Source: Octopus bimaculoides
Lineage: Eukaryota
Reading direction: 5' to 3'
DNA: 64,000 nt
Assembly (NCBI RefSeq): GCF_001194135.2
Contig: NC_068990.1
Coordinates: 70,972,202 to 71,036,201, forward strand
The position numbers and the translations under genes were made by a program. The notes under the pieces were generated by a model. That model worked only from the letters and a program-made list of their open reading frames with translations, searched no databases and had not been told where the DNA came from. Shown here piece after piece: positions 1 to 11,336 of the stretch; the stretch's first letter is position 1; every line of letters begins with the position of its first letter.

Positions 1-54
1 TAACACTGCCATTCCGTCATCGTTATAGCTAATAATAGTATAATAAATATTAAT

Positions 55-205
55 AATTCTTAACATGGGCTCTTGGTCATAAAATTGCAAGGGATTAAAT
101 AAAGCCTAGTACATGACTGGTACTGGGATTTCATAATGTCAGGAACGAAACTAATTACAACTAAACATTTAGACCGATGCACTGCCGCTTTTGTCAGTTA
201 GCCGC
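55..205 (-). mobile_element. Degenerate tRNA-derived SINE, family B
   Basis: Decayed match to family B copies elsewhere (e.g. 21074-21303); ends in ttttgtcagttagccgcc, the reverse complement of the SINE head. Confidence 0.45.
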
Positions 206-350
206 CCCGTATTGATGATAATATTAATAAATGTTTTATTCTATGAAATCATCTCAACAGCGCTTCAGGATTTTTGTCTCTCCTTTTTTTATATTTCTGC
301 TCGTATATTCTCTTATTCGTCTTTCTTCTTTATTAACTCTTTCATTTCAG

Positions 351-371
351 CTAATCTATTACCATTCCTTG
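351..371 (+). other. Candidate 21-nt micro-exon of an unidentified host gene
   Basis: ~70-nt polypyrimidine tract ending ttcatttcAG, then ctaatctattaccattccttg, then GTAAGT; open in phase 1 (xNLLPFL). Confidence 0.3.
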
Positions 372-428
372 GTAAGTCCGTCCCAATTTCTTCGGTTAAA
401 TCTAAACAGAATGAATGAAATGATACAC

Positions 429-456
429 TCTCTCTCTCTCTCTCAGTGTGTGTATG

Positions 457-530
<74 letters not shown>
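429..530. repeat. Compound (CT)n(CA)n(TA)n microsatellite
   Basis: Directly visible. Confidence 0.95.
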
Positions 531-534
<4 letters not shown>

Positions 535-875
535 GTATAATTCTCACAAAAAGAAATATCTTTCCTTTCTTTAGAATTTCTGGACTTAACCAAAAGTATT
601 TATTTAATATTCAATAAATAGGAAATGAATATATCTCCAATAATTTCAAATTAGCCTAACATGAAGAAATATTTGGAAAACAAATACCACTTTTTTTTAA
701 ATACACATTTTGAAAAGGCGTCACACAGAAACATGTACACATACACAATACATTTTTGTCAAGTGTCCTGATTGACAACTTGGAATAGAATTGCGTGGGT
801 GAATAACACAGTTGAAATAACAGGGTGTATATAAATAAACTTGAAGGACAAGTAGGAAGAAAGCTACAGGTGAAT

Positions 876-936
<61 letters not shown>
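876..936. repeat. (TAA)n microsatellite
   Basis: About 20 perfect TAA units. Confidence 0.95.
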
Positions 937-937
<1 letters not shown>

Positions 938-959
938 CAACCTTTAACATTTCCTATAG

Positions 960-972
960 AGGAATGGCTGAG
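960..972 (+). other. Candidate 13-nt micro-exon
   Basis: tttaacatttcctatAG-aggaatggctgag-GTAATA; phase-compatible with 351-371. Confidence 0.2.
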
Positions 973-1423
973 GTAATAAAAATACGCCAAATCAGTGATT
1001 TGGGTTATTTATGTTTCATGTGGTCAATATAAAGGGAAAAAATTTTCTCTCGCTCTCCATTTGTATATCATTACTTAGAAACCTTTCCACAATTTCGAAG
1101 CCAATTGTTATCAATTTATCTATGTCTGTCTGTCTGTCTGTCTGTCTATACATTCATGCACTTGTTTCTACAAATCTATACATATAAACATAAATTAAAT
1201 ATAGCTATCTAGCTAGCTAGCTAGATAGACAGACAAATTCATACACTTAGTATGAGTACATTTTTTCTCCTTTTGCAAACACATTACTATATATATGTTC
1301 ATACACACACACACACACACACACACATGATAGAAGTAAATAGACACCTTTATAATCGTTAAAATTTATTTAAATCTGAAATTATACATTCAAATTATTT
1401 GTAGATTATTATAATGTGAATAT

Positions 1424-2408
1424 CTAATATTTAGTAGACATGCCCTTGATATTTTTCTATGCAAGGAACCTATTAGGCATGCTACTGATCAGATGATGAA
1501 TATTCTCTTGAGGAATTTCTTGCCAAGTTTCATGCAGTAATCTCAAAAGATCTGGCTTTGAGGATGCTTTTATGTTCTTTTTACGAAGTTCCTGTCCATT
1601 ATGCCCCAGAGTTGTACAATAGGGTTCATATCTGATGACTGGCTTGGCCATGGAAGCTTGGGTCTTTTTAGCCATGTGACAAGGACCCATATTCCATAAA
1701 TAAAGAGTCTTCTTTAATCATTTCACTACTGGAGAAGATTGGAAGGAGTCCTTTCTGTAATATGGACACATATTTATCTGAGTTTATGTTTCCCTCTAAC
1801 TCCACCAGCTCTGATTGACCATTGCTGCAAATTGCTCCCCATCCTATCACAAAATAGTCACCATGTTTCATTGTTGGCTACAATTTTTTCACATCAAATT
1901 CTCGATCACAGAATCTCCAGACCTACACTCAACCACTATCAGAAAATATAGCAAATCTAGACTCATCAGAGAATATGAATGTCCCAAAATGCTAGTGGCT
2001 TCTCCACCATCTCACTGGCCCAATCTTTTCTCTACTTGACATTGGTTGCTTGAAGAATTCGCTTCCTTCTTGTTGCTCTACCATAGTAGCCATGTTTGTG
2101 GAGATACCTGACAGCTTTTCTGGGACTGACATCAACTTGTTCTGCTATGTCAGAGGCCTTGCAATAAGGAATATCCTCCACATTACTCTTAACAAAGTGA
2201 AGGGTCCTGTCAGAGGACCCTGGTCAACCTGAGTAAGGTTATATGAACTCCTTCCTCTCTCTGGTGAATTGCACAATCACTCTATTAACTGTAGAAAGCA
2301 GAATCCTAAGGTGTTCTGCAATTTTACACTAAGTTAACCTTCAGATTGAACCACAATACAGCCTCTTTGAAATTTGGACAGTTCCAAGGTTTCTTTTGTA
2401 TGTAGCAT
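1424..2408 (-). mobile_element. Tc1-like transposase pseudogene
   Basis: Reconstructed frames: N-terminal HTH region LSKFQRGCIV, FSDESRF, WGAICSNG..LEGNINSDKYV, C-terminal LISSMPNR; multiple stops and frameshifts. Confidence 0.85.
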
Positions 2409-2516
2409 GACTAAACAGTCACGTATAGAACCTGAAACTTAAAAATGTCAATCAATAAAATATATAAACCTTTACAAGTTAAAATAAACATAAAACAATG
2501 TTTCATGGGGTATCTA

Positions 2517-3465
2517 AGCATCAGTTGTGGTGTGCAAGAGAGCTGATTGCGCTGGTATGGTCATTTGGCGAGAATGGATGAGGATAGCTGTGTAAAAAAG
2601 TGCCACAGCCTAGCGGTTGAGGGTACCTGTATAAGAGGTAGACCCAAGAAGACCTGGGGTGAGGTGGTGAAGCACGACCTTTGAACATTAGGCCTCACCA
2701 AGGCAATGACTAGTGAGCGAGAGCTTTGGAAATATGCTGTGCGTGAGAAGACCCGATAAGACAAGCGAGACCATAACTCGTGGACTTTACCAGGGGTGTA
2801 GCCAGACCACTTATGCGTACCTTTCCTTCTTTGGACACAAAACCCTGTTTGCAAAGACCTGTTGAGGCAAGTGAAATCGAAATTAAACCAAATTTGATGA
2901 CTGGCACCCATACCAACTTTCCTTCATTGGACACTAAACTCAGCTTGCGAAGACCTGTTGGGGTAAGTGAGATCGAAATTGAACCAAATTCGATGAATGG
3001 CACCCATGCCAATGGAGCGCTAACAGCACCATCCGAGCAGGATCACTGCCAGAGCAGCGGTTTCGCTTCCGTGCTGGTGGTTGGTACGTAAAAAGCACCA
3101 TTTGAGCATGATCGTTTCCACTTCGCCTTACTGGCACTTGTGCCAGTGGCATGTGACCAAAACATTGGACTGACTACTGTGCAGGTGACACGTAAAAAAC
3201 GCCATTTGAGCATGGCCGTTGCCAGTACCACCGGACTGACCTTTATGCCGGTGGCACGTAAAAAGCACCCACTACACTCTCGGAGTGGTTGGCGTTAGGA
3301 AGGGCATCCAGCTGTAGAAACTCTGCCAGATCANNNNNNNNNNATCCAGCTGTAGAAACTCTGCCAGATCAGATTGGAGTCTGGTGTAGCCATCTGGTTC
3401 ACCAGTCTCCAGTCAAATCGTCCAACCCATGCTAGTGGACGTTAAATGATAATGATGATGATGAT
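2517..3465 (+). mobile_element. RTE LINE 3' fragment (ORF2 end, 3' UTR, (GAT)n tail)
   Basis: Degenerate match to RWYGHVARMD and RGRPKKTW motifs of the longer copy at 30700-31443; same terminal UTR and gatgatgat tail. Confidence 0.9.
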
Positions 3466-3893
3466 ATATATATATAGAAAATTATTTAAACATAATTACA
3501 GGATAAAATCATTAAAATTAATGAATTTTATTAGTGGCCATCATATAAAAACCTTTTAGGTAAAATACATATATAGATATATATGTTCATTCCACGTATA
3601 CACACAGGTTGAAAGCAAGAAAGTAGACTGACAGAAAATTCATAAAATAATCCAGTTAGTTTTGGATTGATCAATTACTGGATTAGTTTGATAACTCTTC
3701 CTTCATCAGCAAAACATACTAAGCGAAATAAGTGAAAATATTTATACATACCCACAGAAAAGCACATGCAAAATGCAAGTAGACACAAATATTCACACAT
3801 ATATATGCATCGAATTTCACAATCCACCTCAGCATGTGAGTATTTGGTCAGAATATTATAGAGGTAAATAAAGTGACCCAAAGTGAATGGGTT

Positions 3894-4212
3894 ATCATCA
3901 TCATCATCATTATCATCGTCCACTTTCCATGCTAGCATGGGTTGGACGATTTGACTGAGGACTGGTGAAACCAGATGGCTACACCAGGCTCCAATCTAAT
4001 GTGGCAGAGTTTCTACAGCTGGATGCCCTTCCTAACGCCAACCACTCAGAGAGTGTAGTGGGTGCTTTTACGTGTCACCCGCACGAAGGCCAGTCAGGCG
4101 GTACTGGCAACGGCCATGCTCAAAATGGTGCACTCCACGTGCCACCCGCACAAAAGCCAGTCCAGGGCCACTGGTAACAATCTCGCTCGAAAATCCGACA
4201 AATGCCAGCCAG
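3894..4212 (-). mobile_element. RTE LINE 3' UTR fragment
   Basis: Reverse complement of the RTE tail ((cat)n, ccatgctagcatgggttggacg, gatgcccttcctaacgccaaccactc). Confidence 0.85.
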
Positions 4213-4639
4213 ATATCTAAACATAATTACAGGATAAAGTGTATATGTGGAGTAAACATTTTAAGTGGTCGGACAAATTCAGCATCAACTTTCAGCATAT
4301 AGGCACAGTAGCTTCTGTGCCCTTAAGTATAATTGTACCCTATACAATTATCTCTGTCTCTCTCTCTCTCTCTCTCTCTCCCTCCATATATATATATATA
4401 TATAAAATCAAAATAAGCAACAAGGATATTCAAAGTTAATGCAGTACGATCGTTTCATGCAACTCCATTTATTCAAGCAATGTGAACATTACATTAAATG
4501 TAAAATGCAAAATGTAAAAAGGTTGAATTAGATTCGTCCTTTAATTTGGAGGTTTCCCAAAAAAGATTTCCAATATAGATTCTTCATATTTTGCTGGTAG
4601 CTTACTAGCATAAAATTGCGAATATGAAAATAATACTTG

Positions 4640-4838
4640 TATATGATGTGTTGTGAATTTATGGAAAGAAATCCCATAAAACTCAACAATTTTGCTAAAA
4701 ATGGAGAAGAGAAGGTGCTAAAATATATAAGAGAATTTTAAAATTCTCTTATATATTTAACATCTTCTCTTCTCCATTTTTATCAAAATTGTTGAGTTTT
4801 ACGGGATTTCTTTCCATAACTTCACAACACACCATATA
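4640..4838. repeat. ~200-bp spacerless palindrome (foldback element)
   Basis: Arms 4640-4739 and 4740-4838 are reverse complements with about 6-7 differences; centre gagaatttt|aaaattctc. Confidence 0.9.
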
Positions 4839-4843
4839 TATAC

Positions 4844-4877
<34 letters not shown>

Positions 4878-5099
4878 TAATAAATTATAGGGTAGCAAAA
4901 AAAATTTTAGAAATTTTATTTACCACCAGTGGTCTAGCGAGAGTAAAAAAACAGTCAATAGACTATGTATTATTCATTTAAAATGCAGAGATGTCTATAA
5001 TAGGACATCTACCCGCTAGAAATAGCAGCAAAAAACTACATACCACAAAAATTAGGGATAATTTCGAAAGGGAATGAAAAATAAAAACTTTTACCAATC

Positions 5100-5130
<31 letters not shown>

Positions 5131-5277
5131 TTGTATGCACATGTATGTTTGCATTACATACACAAACACATGTATGTATGTATGTATGTATAACCTTGAG
5201 ATTCAGGATACAGAGGAGTCTGTAGTCTTCTTCCCATGAGACAACTTCTCCAGCACTGAGGTTAATCAGAAAAACAG

Positions 5278-5487
5278 TATTTTTGGCACAAGGCCAGCAA
5301 CTTTGGGAGGAGGAGTAAGTTGATTACATCAACCCCAGTGATCAACTGGTACTTATTTTATCAACCTCTTAAAGGATGAAATGTAAGGTCAACCTTGGCA
5401 GAATTTGAACTCAGGACAAAATGATGGACGAAATGCTGCTAAGCATTTTGCCCAGTGAGCTAATGAGTCTGCCAGCTCACTGCCTTA
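5278..5487 (-). mobile_element. tRNA-derived SINE, family B
   Basis: Reverse complement of A-box tggcag..ttagc, B-box gttcaaattc and central ..tttcatcct..gataaaataagtaccag. Confidence 0.8.
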
Positions 5488-5949
5488 TACTCTGCTTTAG
5501 TATTATTACAAATTAGTACCCACCCAGAATATTCTGAAGTACCCCCAGGCACCAAAGTTTGACGATGGGCCTGTAGGGGTGGGTGGCAGTAAGAACTGAT
5601 TTAGGGTAGAGGTGACTTTTAAGGGCCTCCTCAACCCTTCTAGTGGTAATAGGACAATAAAACACACATTGAAAGACATAAATAGCACCAAAGGTGGCTG
5701 GCCTGATTCTTCCCTGCTGTGTGTGTAAAATGACATAGACTTTGACAATTTGTACAACAATGACACATCTTCACCATCATCCCAGCTCTTTTCCATATAA
5801 GGTACCCATGTATCTCCTCTATAGCGAGATACCTGCATCTATCCCTTTAACCTCTCATCACCCAGCATAAAGCCACCTCCCTTAATGAATACTACACCCA
5901 CTCAGTTGGTGGGTTTTGTCTTGCATGTTACTTGATGACTTTGCATGTA

Positions 5950-6101
5950 ATTAGCACCCAGTACACTCTGTAAAGTGACTGACATAGAAACCATGCCAAC
6001 ACAGACATTGGAACTTGGCACAGTCCTCTGGGTCACCAGTTTCTGCTGAACCATTGGACCCATGCCAACAATAAAAACAGACATTAAATGATGATGATGA
6101 T
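5950..6101 (+). mobile_element. Old RTE-type tail fragment
   Basis: gtacactctgtaaagtg...acccatgcc...gacattaaatgatgatgatg resembles the RTE terminal UTR. Confidence 0.5.
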
Positions 6102-6199
6102 ATGTATGTGTGTATGTATACATGCATATTCACACACACACACACACACATACACATATCCTCAACCCACCTGCCCAGACCCAAAGTGAGTTCGAAGGA

Positions 6200-7500
6200 G
6201 AGTTAATCTGATTGAATCCTCTATTCAATCTAAGGTTTATCTACAAATATAGCTCGAAGTTTCTTTTATCCAAATTAAGCAGCATTTATCAAACACCTAC
6301 ATATACTGCAAACTTTTAATGTTCATAATCTCAAAGTTGGCTACTCACACCTAGATAATATTTCTTCTAAAACCACACATTACTACAGAAAAAATACACC
6401 CACCCACAGAGACTCCACTTTTTTCCCTGGCCTGTGACTTCCAAAATCCACCAGCTGTCCATTATGACAGTGCTCTGCAACATTTTTTCACTTGCAGTAC
6501 ACTTATATTCTTTTCAAAATATGGCAGCACACCTGAACTAAAAATATAACTAAAAGTATAGAGGAAAAAATTATATTCAGGTTGCACTGCAGCACACCTA
6601 GCACCGTCTCGTGACTTACCAGTGTGTCACAGCACTGAACCATGAGCATCCTACTATTCAAACATCATAATACAAAAAAATATCCTCACACAATCTGATG
6701 ATATTATAACAAAATTTCCTAATATAACAGCTAGTAATTTCAAGGGAAGATTTACACTACATAGGCACTCCTTCAGATACAGGGACAGGGAAAATTCCAT
6801 CTTTCCTTCATCTAGAAACTCCTTGAAAATGACTTCTCCAAAATTACATAGAGCACCTTGACAGAGAGCTGTCTTCCTTACTTGAAGCTTCTAATAACCA
6901 TCTCTGGCTCTGTGAGGAACTGCATATACTGCAGCTGCCAGCACTATTCATCAACAAGAAAACCAATCTATTATATTGTTGCCATGTAAATGACCTTCAA
7001 ACTATTGGCTGCTGATAAACCAGAAAAATCATCAGAAATCTAGTTGGCCCATATCAAACTGCATTGTAAAGAAGTCCTGCTTGCTCATAGTGAGATTAGT
7101 TACCTTTCTGCTGACCATCATAGTGGCCTACCAGACCTAAAACCCAGTCACAGATGCATCATCCAGTAACCCAACACAGCAGGCCTAAATTTTCATGTAA
7201 CATTTCTTATACACTAATAAATAACCTGACAACATCTGACTGTTTACCTTGTGTTATGGAAGGATTCTGACCACCCCTCAAGTGACTAAAGGTGGACTGA
7301 CTCATTGTTATAAATTAAAGAACTGTGAGCGATTGGCAGTTTAGGTTGGTAAGCAGTTCACTGTGAGCCATGCTTCAGTGTTGAGTTTCGTGTAATAGTA
7401 ATAGTATCATATCGTGTAAGTACTTCCTTTCCCCGCCTGCTTCATTACATTATATATCCAACATACAAAGATATAAAACCTTGCCATATAAAACAGACAT
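6200..7500 (+). mobile_element. Possible highly decayed LTR-retrotransposon (gypsy-like integrase end plus LTR start)
   Basis: Fragments such as KEDL and LVGPYQ, then a TGTTA start near 7308; no continuous ORF. Confidence 0.2.
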
Positions 7501-7960
7501 ACATCCCATTCTTAATCAAAGTAATTAAATTGAAAATACCTATAGGTTGTCAAGTGGTTGGCATTATTAGACTATTCCCCTTATCACATGGAACCACAAA
7601 CAGGATTATCTGTTGCTGTATTGCCAATTTAATTACATAAGCTAGAGTGATCTCTGTCAGACCCTACTTATTCCCATTTAGAAGCCATTTTTATATTTCC
7701 TCACCTTGTCATTAAGCATCCAAGAAATTAAATAGTGATCTGTGTCTATGAAACTCTAAATAATGAGGAGTAAAGTCAACCTGCAAATAACTACTTTTAA
7801 TTCCCATGTATTGAGAGCAATTTTCTTTCATTTGTACCTACTGTATACACACACATGCACGTGTGCGTGCCTGCACACACATATGCATATACATATGTAT
7901 TTATATATATATGTGTGTATATATGAGTGTATATGTGGTGTAAGTGCCTGTATGTGCATA

Positions 7961-8198
7961 GTGGCTGTGTGGTAAGTAGCTTGCTCACCAGCCACATGGT
8001 TCCTGGTTCAATCCCACTGCATGGCACTTTGGGCAAGTGTCTTCTACTATAGCCTCAGGCTGACCAAAGCCTTGTGAGTGGTTGGTGTTAGGAAGGGCAT
8101 GCCAGAACAGACAATGATGCCTGGTGTGGCCCACTTACCAGCTCCTGACAAATCATGCAAACCATGCCAGCATGGAAAAAGGACATTAAATGATGATG
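7961..8198 (+). mobile_element. CORE-type SINE head fused to RTE-type tail
   Basis: Head gtggctgtgtggtaag..ttgggcaagtgtcttctactatagcc..ccttgtgagtg joined directly to gttggtgttaggaagggc..ggacattaaatgatgatg. Confidence 0.8.
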
Positions 8199-8269
8199 GT
8201 GGCTGTGGTGGTGTAAGCATTAACCTAACTTCCAAAGCAGAACTCAAGGCAATCCAATGCCACAACACC

Positions 8270-8700
8270 AACAAGATTGCCTTGTGGCTACAGATGAGTT
8301 GCTTGGGACAGGCTAAAAGGACTGAGGTTCTACTCCCTAGCAATAGAAAGTGAAAGATATGCAGTTATATATCCACGGAAGGTCCTACAAGGTGTAGCAT
8401 CCAAATTTGGAATTGAAATCTATACCAATAAGCAGACTGGATGTCACTGCATCGTACCAAAAATCTCACCCTTTCAATCCAGCATAAGGACCAAATATTC
8501 TAACAGCTTACAGTTCAAAGGACTGCAACTTTTCAATACTAAAAGACCTCAGAGATCTTCAAGAAATAGATGGGATGTGTTCAAAGAACATTGAGACAAA
8601 TTCTTTTTTGAGATACCTGGAGAACCCTTATCACAGCAAGAAATGTAAAGACAAGCAGCTCTGTCCAAATCACTACTTCAGGACCAATTCCAGAGCTAGG
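8270..8700 (+). mobile_element. CR1-like (Jockey group) LINE ORF2 C-terminal remnant
   Basis: Frameshifted peptides ERYAVIY..KVLQG, TGCHCIVPKI, QFKGLQLFN, FFFEIPGEP, typical of the post-RT region of CR1-type LINEs. Confidence 0.65.
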
Positions 8701-8858
8701 TCTGGGAAAAAAGGCCAAAATAAACAAGCATTAAGGCTGATGGCAGTGCCCCAGCATGGCCACAGCTTCTGGACAAACTAATGGAGAACTAAATGAAAGA
8801 GAATATATGTGTGTGTGTGTGTGTGTGTATGCATATATATATATATTTATATTGGTCT

Positions 8859-9252
8859 AGGCATGGATGTGTAATTAGAACCATTGCTTTCCAACCATAT
8901 TCCAGGTTCAGTCCAGTGGTGTGGTACTTTGGCAGTGTCTCCTACTATAATCTCAGACCAACCAAAGCCTTGTGAGTGGATTTGGTGGACAGAAACTGAA
9001 AGAAGCCCATCATATGTGTGCGGTTGTGTGTGTGTGTGTGTGTGTGTGTCTGTGTTTGTGTCTGTGTTTGTCCCCCCATCACCACTTGGTTTATTTACAT
9101 CCCTGTAACTTTGCAGTTCGACAAAAAGAGACAATATAATAAATACCAGGCTTAAAAATAAGTACTGAGGTCGATCCATTTGACTAAAAGTTCTTCAAGG
9201 TAGTGCCCCAACATGGCCTCAATCTAATGATGGAAACAGATAAAAGACAAAA
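8859..9252 (+). mobile_element. CORE-type SINE (family A), older copy
   Basis: Degenerate head, internal (TG)n and tail matching the young copy at 62495-62888. Confidence 0.8.
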
Positions 9253-9300
9253 AATTATACATATACATATACATATACATATATATATATATATATATAT

Positions 9301-10125
9301 AGGCGCAGGAGTGGGTGTGTGGTAAGTAGCTTGCTTACCAACCACATGATTCCGGGTTCAGTCCCACTGCGTGGCACCTTGGGCAAGTGTCTTCTACTAT
9401 CGCTTCGGGCCGACCAACGCCTTNNNNNNNNNNNNNNNNNNNNNNNNNNNNNNNNNNNNNNNNNNNNNNNNNNNNNNNNNNNNNNNNNNNNNNNNNNNNN
9501 NNNNNNNNNNNNNNNNNNNNNNNNNNNNNNNNNNNNNNNNNNNNNNNNNNNNNNNNNNNNNNNNNNNNNNNNNNNNNNNNNNNNNNNNNNNNNNNNNNNN
9601 NNNNNNNNNNNNNNNNNNNNNNNNNNNNNNNNNNNNNNNNNNNNNNNNNNNNNNNNNNNNNNNNNNNNNNNNNNNNNNNNNNNNNNNNNNNNNNNNNNNN
9701 NNNNNNNNNNNNNNNNNNNNNNNNNNNNNNNNNNNNNNNNNNNNNNNNNNNNNNNNNNNNNNNNNNNNNNNNNNNNNNNNNNNNNNNNNNNNNNNNNNNN
9801 NNNNNNNNNNNNNNNNNNNNTTTTTATATCGATTGCTATTCTCCAGCAAATATCGGTACCTTGTTGTACCATTCTTATGAATTTATATATATATATATAT
9901 ATTTATGTGTGTTTGTGTGTCTGTGTTTGTCCCCCCACCATCGCTTGACAACCGATGCTGGTGTGTTTGCGTCCCCGTAACTTAGTGGTTCGGCAAAAAG
10001 AGACCGATAGAATAAGTACTAAGCTTACAAAGAATAAGTCCTGGGGTCGATTTGCTCGACTAAAGGCGGTGCTCCAGCATGGCCGCAGTCAAATGACTGA
10101 AACAAGTAAAAAAGTAAAAGAGTAT
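9301..10125 (+). mobile_element. Young CORE-type SINE (family A) spanning an N-gap
   Basis: Head ggcgcaggagtgg..ccttgggcaagtgtcttc at 9301-9423; tail ..gtcgatttgctcgactaaaggcggtgctccagcatggccgcagtc at 9905-10125. Confidence 0.9.
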
Positions 10126-10762
10126 ATATAAAGACAAAAGATAAAAGATATATATGTATAATTGTGGTAATATATTAGATAAGAAGGAGAATATTCAATA
10201 TCTGTGCCAGGGCATTTATTAAGATGTTATAATCTAAAATTTCAGCTTCAAGAGTCAAGTGCCAGTTGATGTACTTAGGGGATATCTTAAAATCTTGCTA
10301 ACTTTCGTTACATAACAAATATAATCATCAGTCTTTGACCTATGCTAAGCAGCTTCCAGCATTGTCTGAGAGAAAAAAAAACATATTTTCTTTAAAAATA
10401 GAAATATATCACTCTGTCTATGCACTTAACTCTGTTACTAATGCAGTGCTATGTTTTGGGTGTGGTGTGTTTGGATTTTGTATATTTTTCTAACCTTTTT
10501 TTTTTTTGTTGGTATATGTGTGTCTACATGAATTGTAGAATTGTTTGACTATGAAAGGAACTCTATACTTCTCAAGTTAACTCACCTATGCAGAATGACG
10601 TGTACATCATGATGCAGTTATTTGTTGTTGAAGTTTCCCTTGAGAGCTTTTCCATTATTTTCATAACAAACAACATTTGTGATTGATCTTTCCTTAAAGA
10701 ATAGACACATTGTATGAGCTAAACTGTCGTTTTATCTTTATGAAATATCTTTACAACTTATC

Positions 10763-10813
<51 letters not shown>

Positions 10814-11139
10814 TTGAATTTAAATATTTGAAAGCTTGACTCTCCATCCCTCTATCTCTCTATGTATATATATATATGTTTATGTATGTATGTATGTTAT
10901 CAATCAGTTTCATTTCTGTATTTCTTGTTCATAGAGAAAGAGCCAGACTCTAACATAGATTCAAGGCTCTTTCATTGGAACTTTTATGAACATCATCATG
11001 GTATTTGTGCATATGTGTGTTTGTGTGTGTGCAGTATTTGGTGTTAGTGTATGCGCAGATTTGTATGTTTGTTTTATGGATGCGTTTTTATGTATATATT
11101 TTCATGTCTAGATGCATGCATATGTATTTATGTGCTAAA

Positions 11140-11336
11140 CTTTTGGAAAGTTTTACATATCTTTACAGTTCCATTGATGGCTTGAATCTGTAGTCTTCTA
11201 ATCAGCCTTTTTCTTTCAGGTTTTGAGAACCCAATTTTTCCAGGTTTTTGTTGAGGCAGTTCGTTACATATCCCAATGCCCCAACAATCATGGGTATGAA
11301 TCTGAACTTGTAGTCTGGGTGGAGTATCTGCAAATT
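11140..11336 (-). mobile_element. RLE-type non-LTR retrotransposon, extreme C-terminus
   Basis: LQILHPDYKFRFIPMIVGALGYV..LEKLG / RLIRRLQIQAINGTVKICKTF resembles the P..GALG end of restriction-like endonuclease LINEs; upstream part lost in gap. Confidence 0.55.

Noticed and set aside
3306-3371. 28-bp direct repeat either side of a 10-N gap
   Set aside because: Contig-overlap assembly artefact inside an RTE tail
5506-5838. 110-aa minus-strand ORF
   Set aside because: No recognisable motif or convincing splice signals; length expected by chance
10285-10345. Minus-strand CTGATGA..GAAA with a pairable stem II
   Set aside because: Extra base before GAAA, no NUH triplet and no stem I; treated as chance
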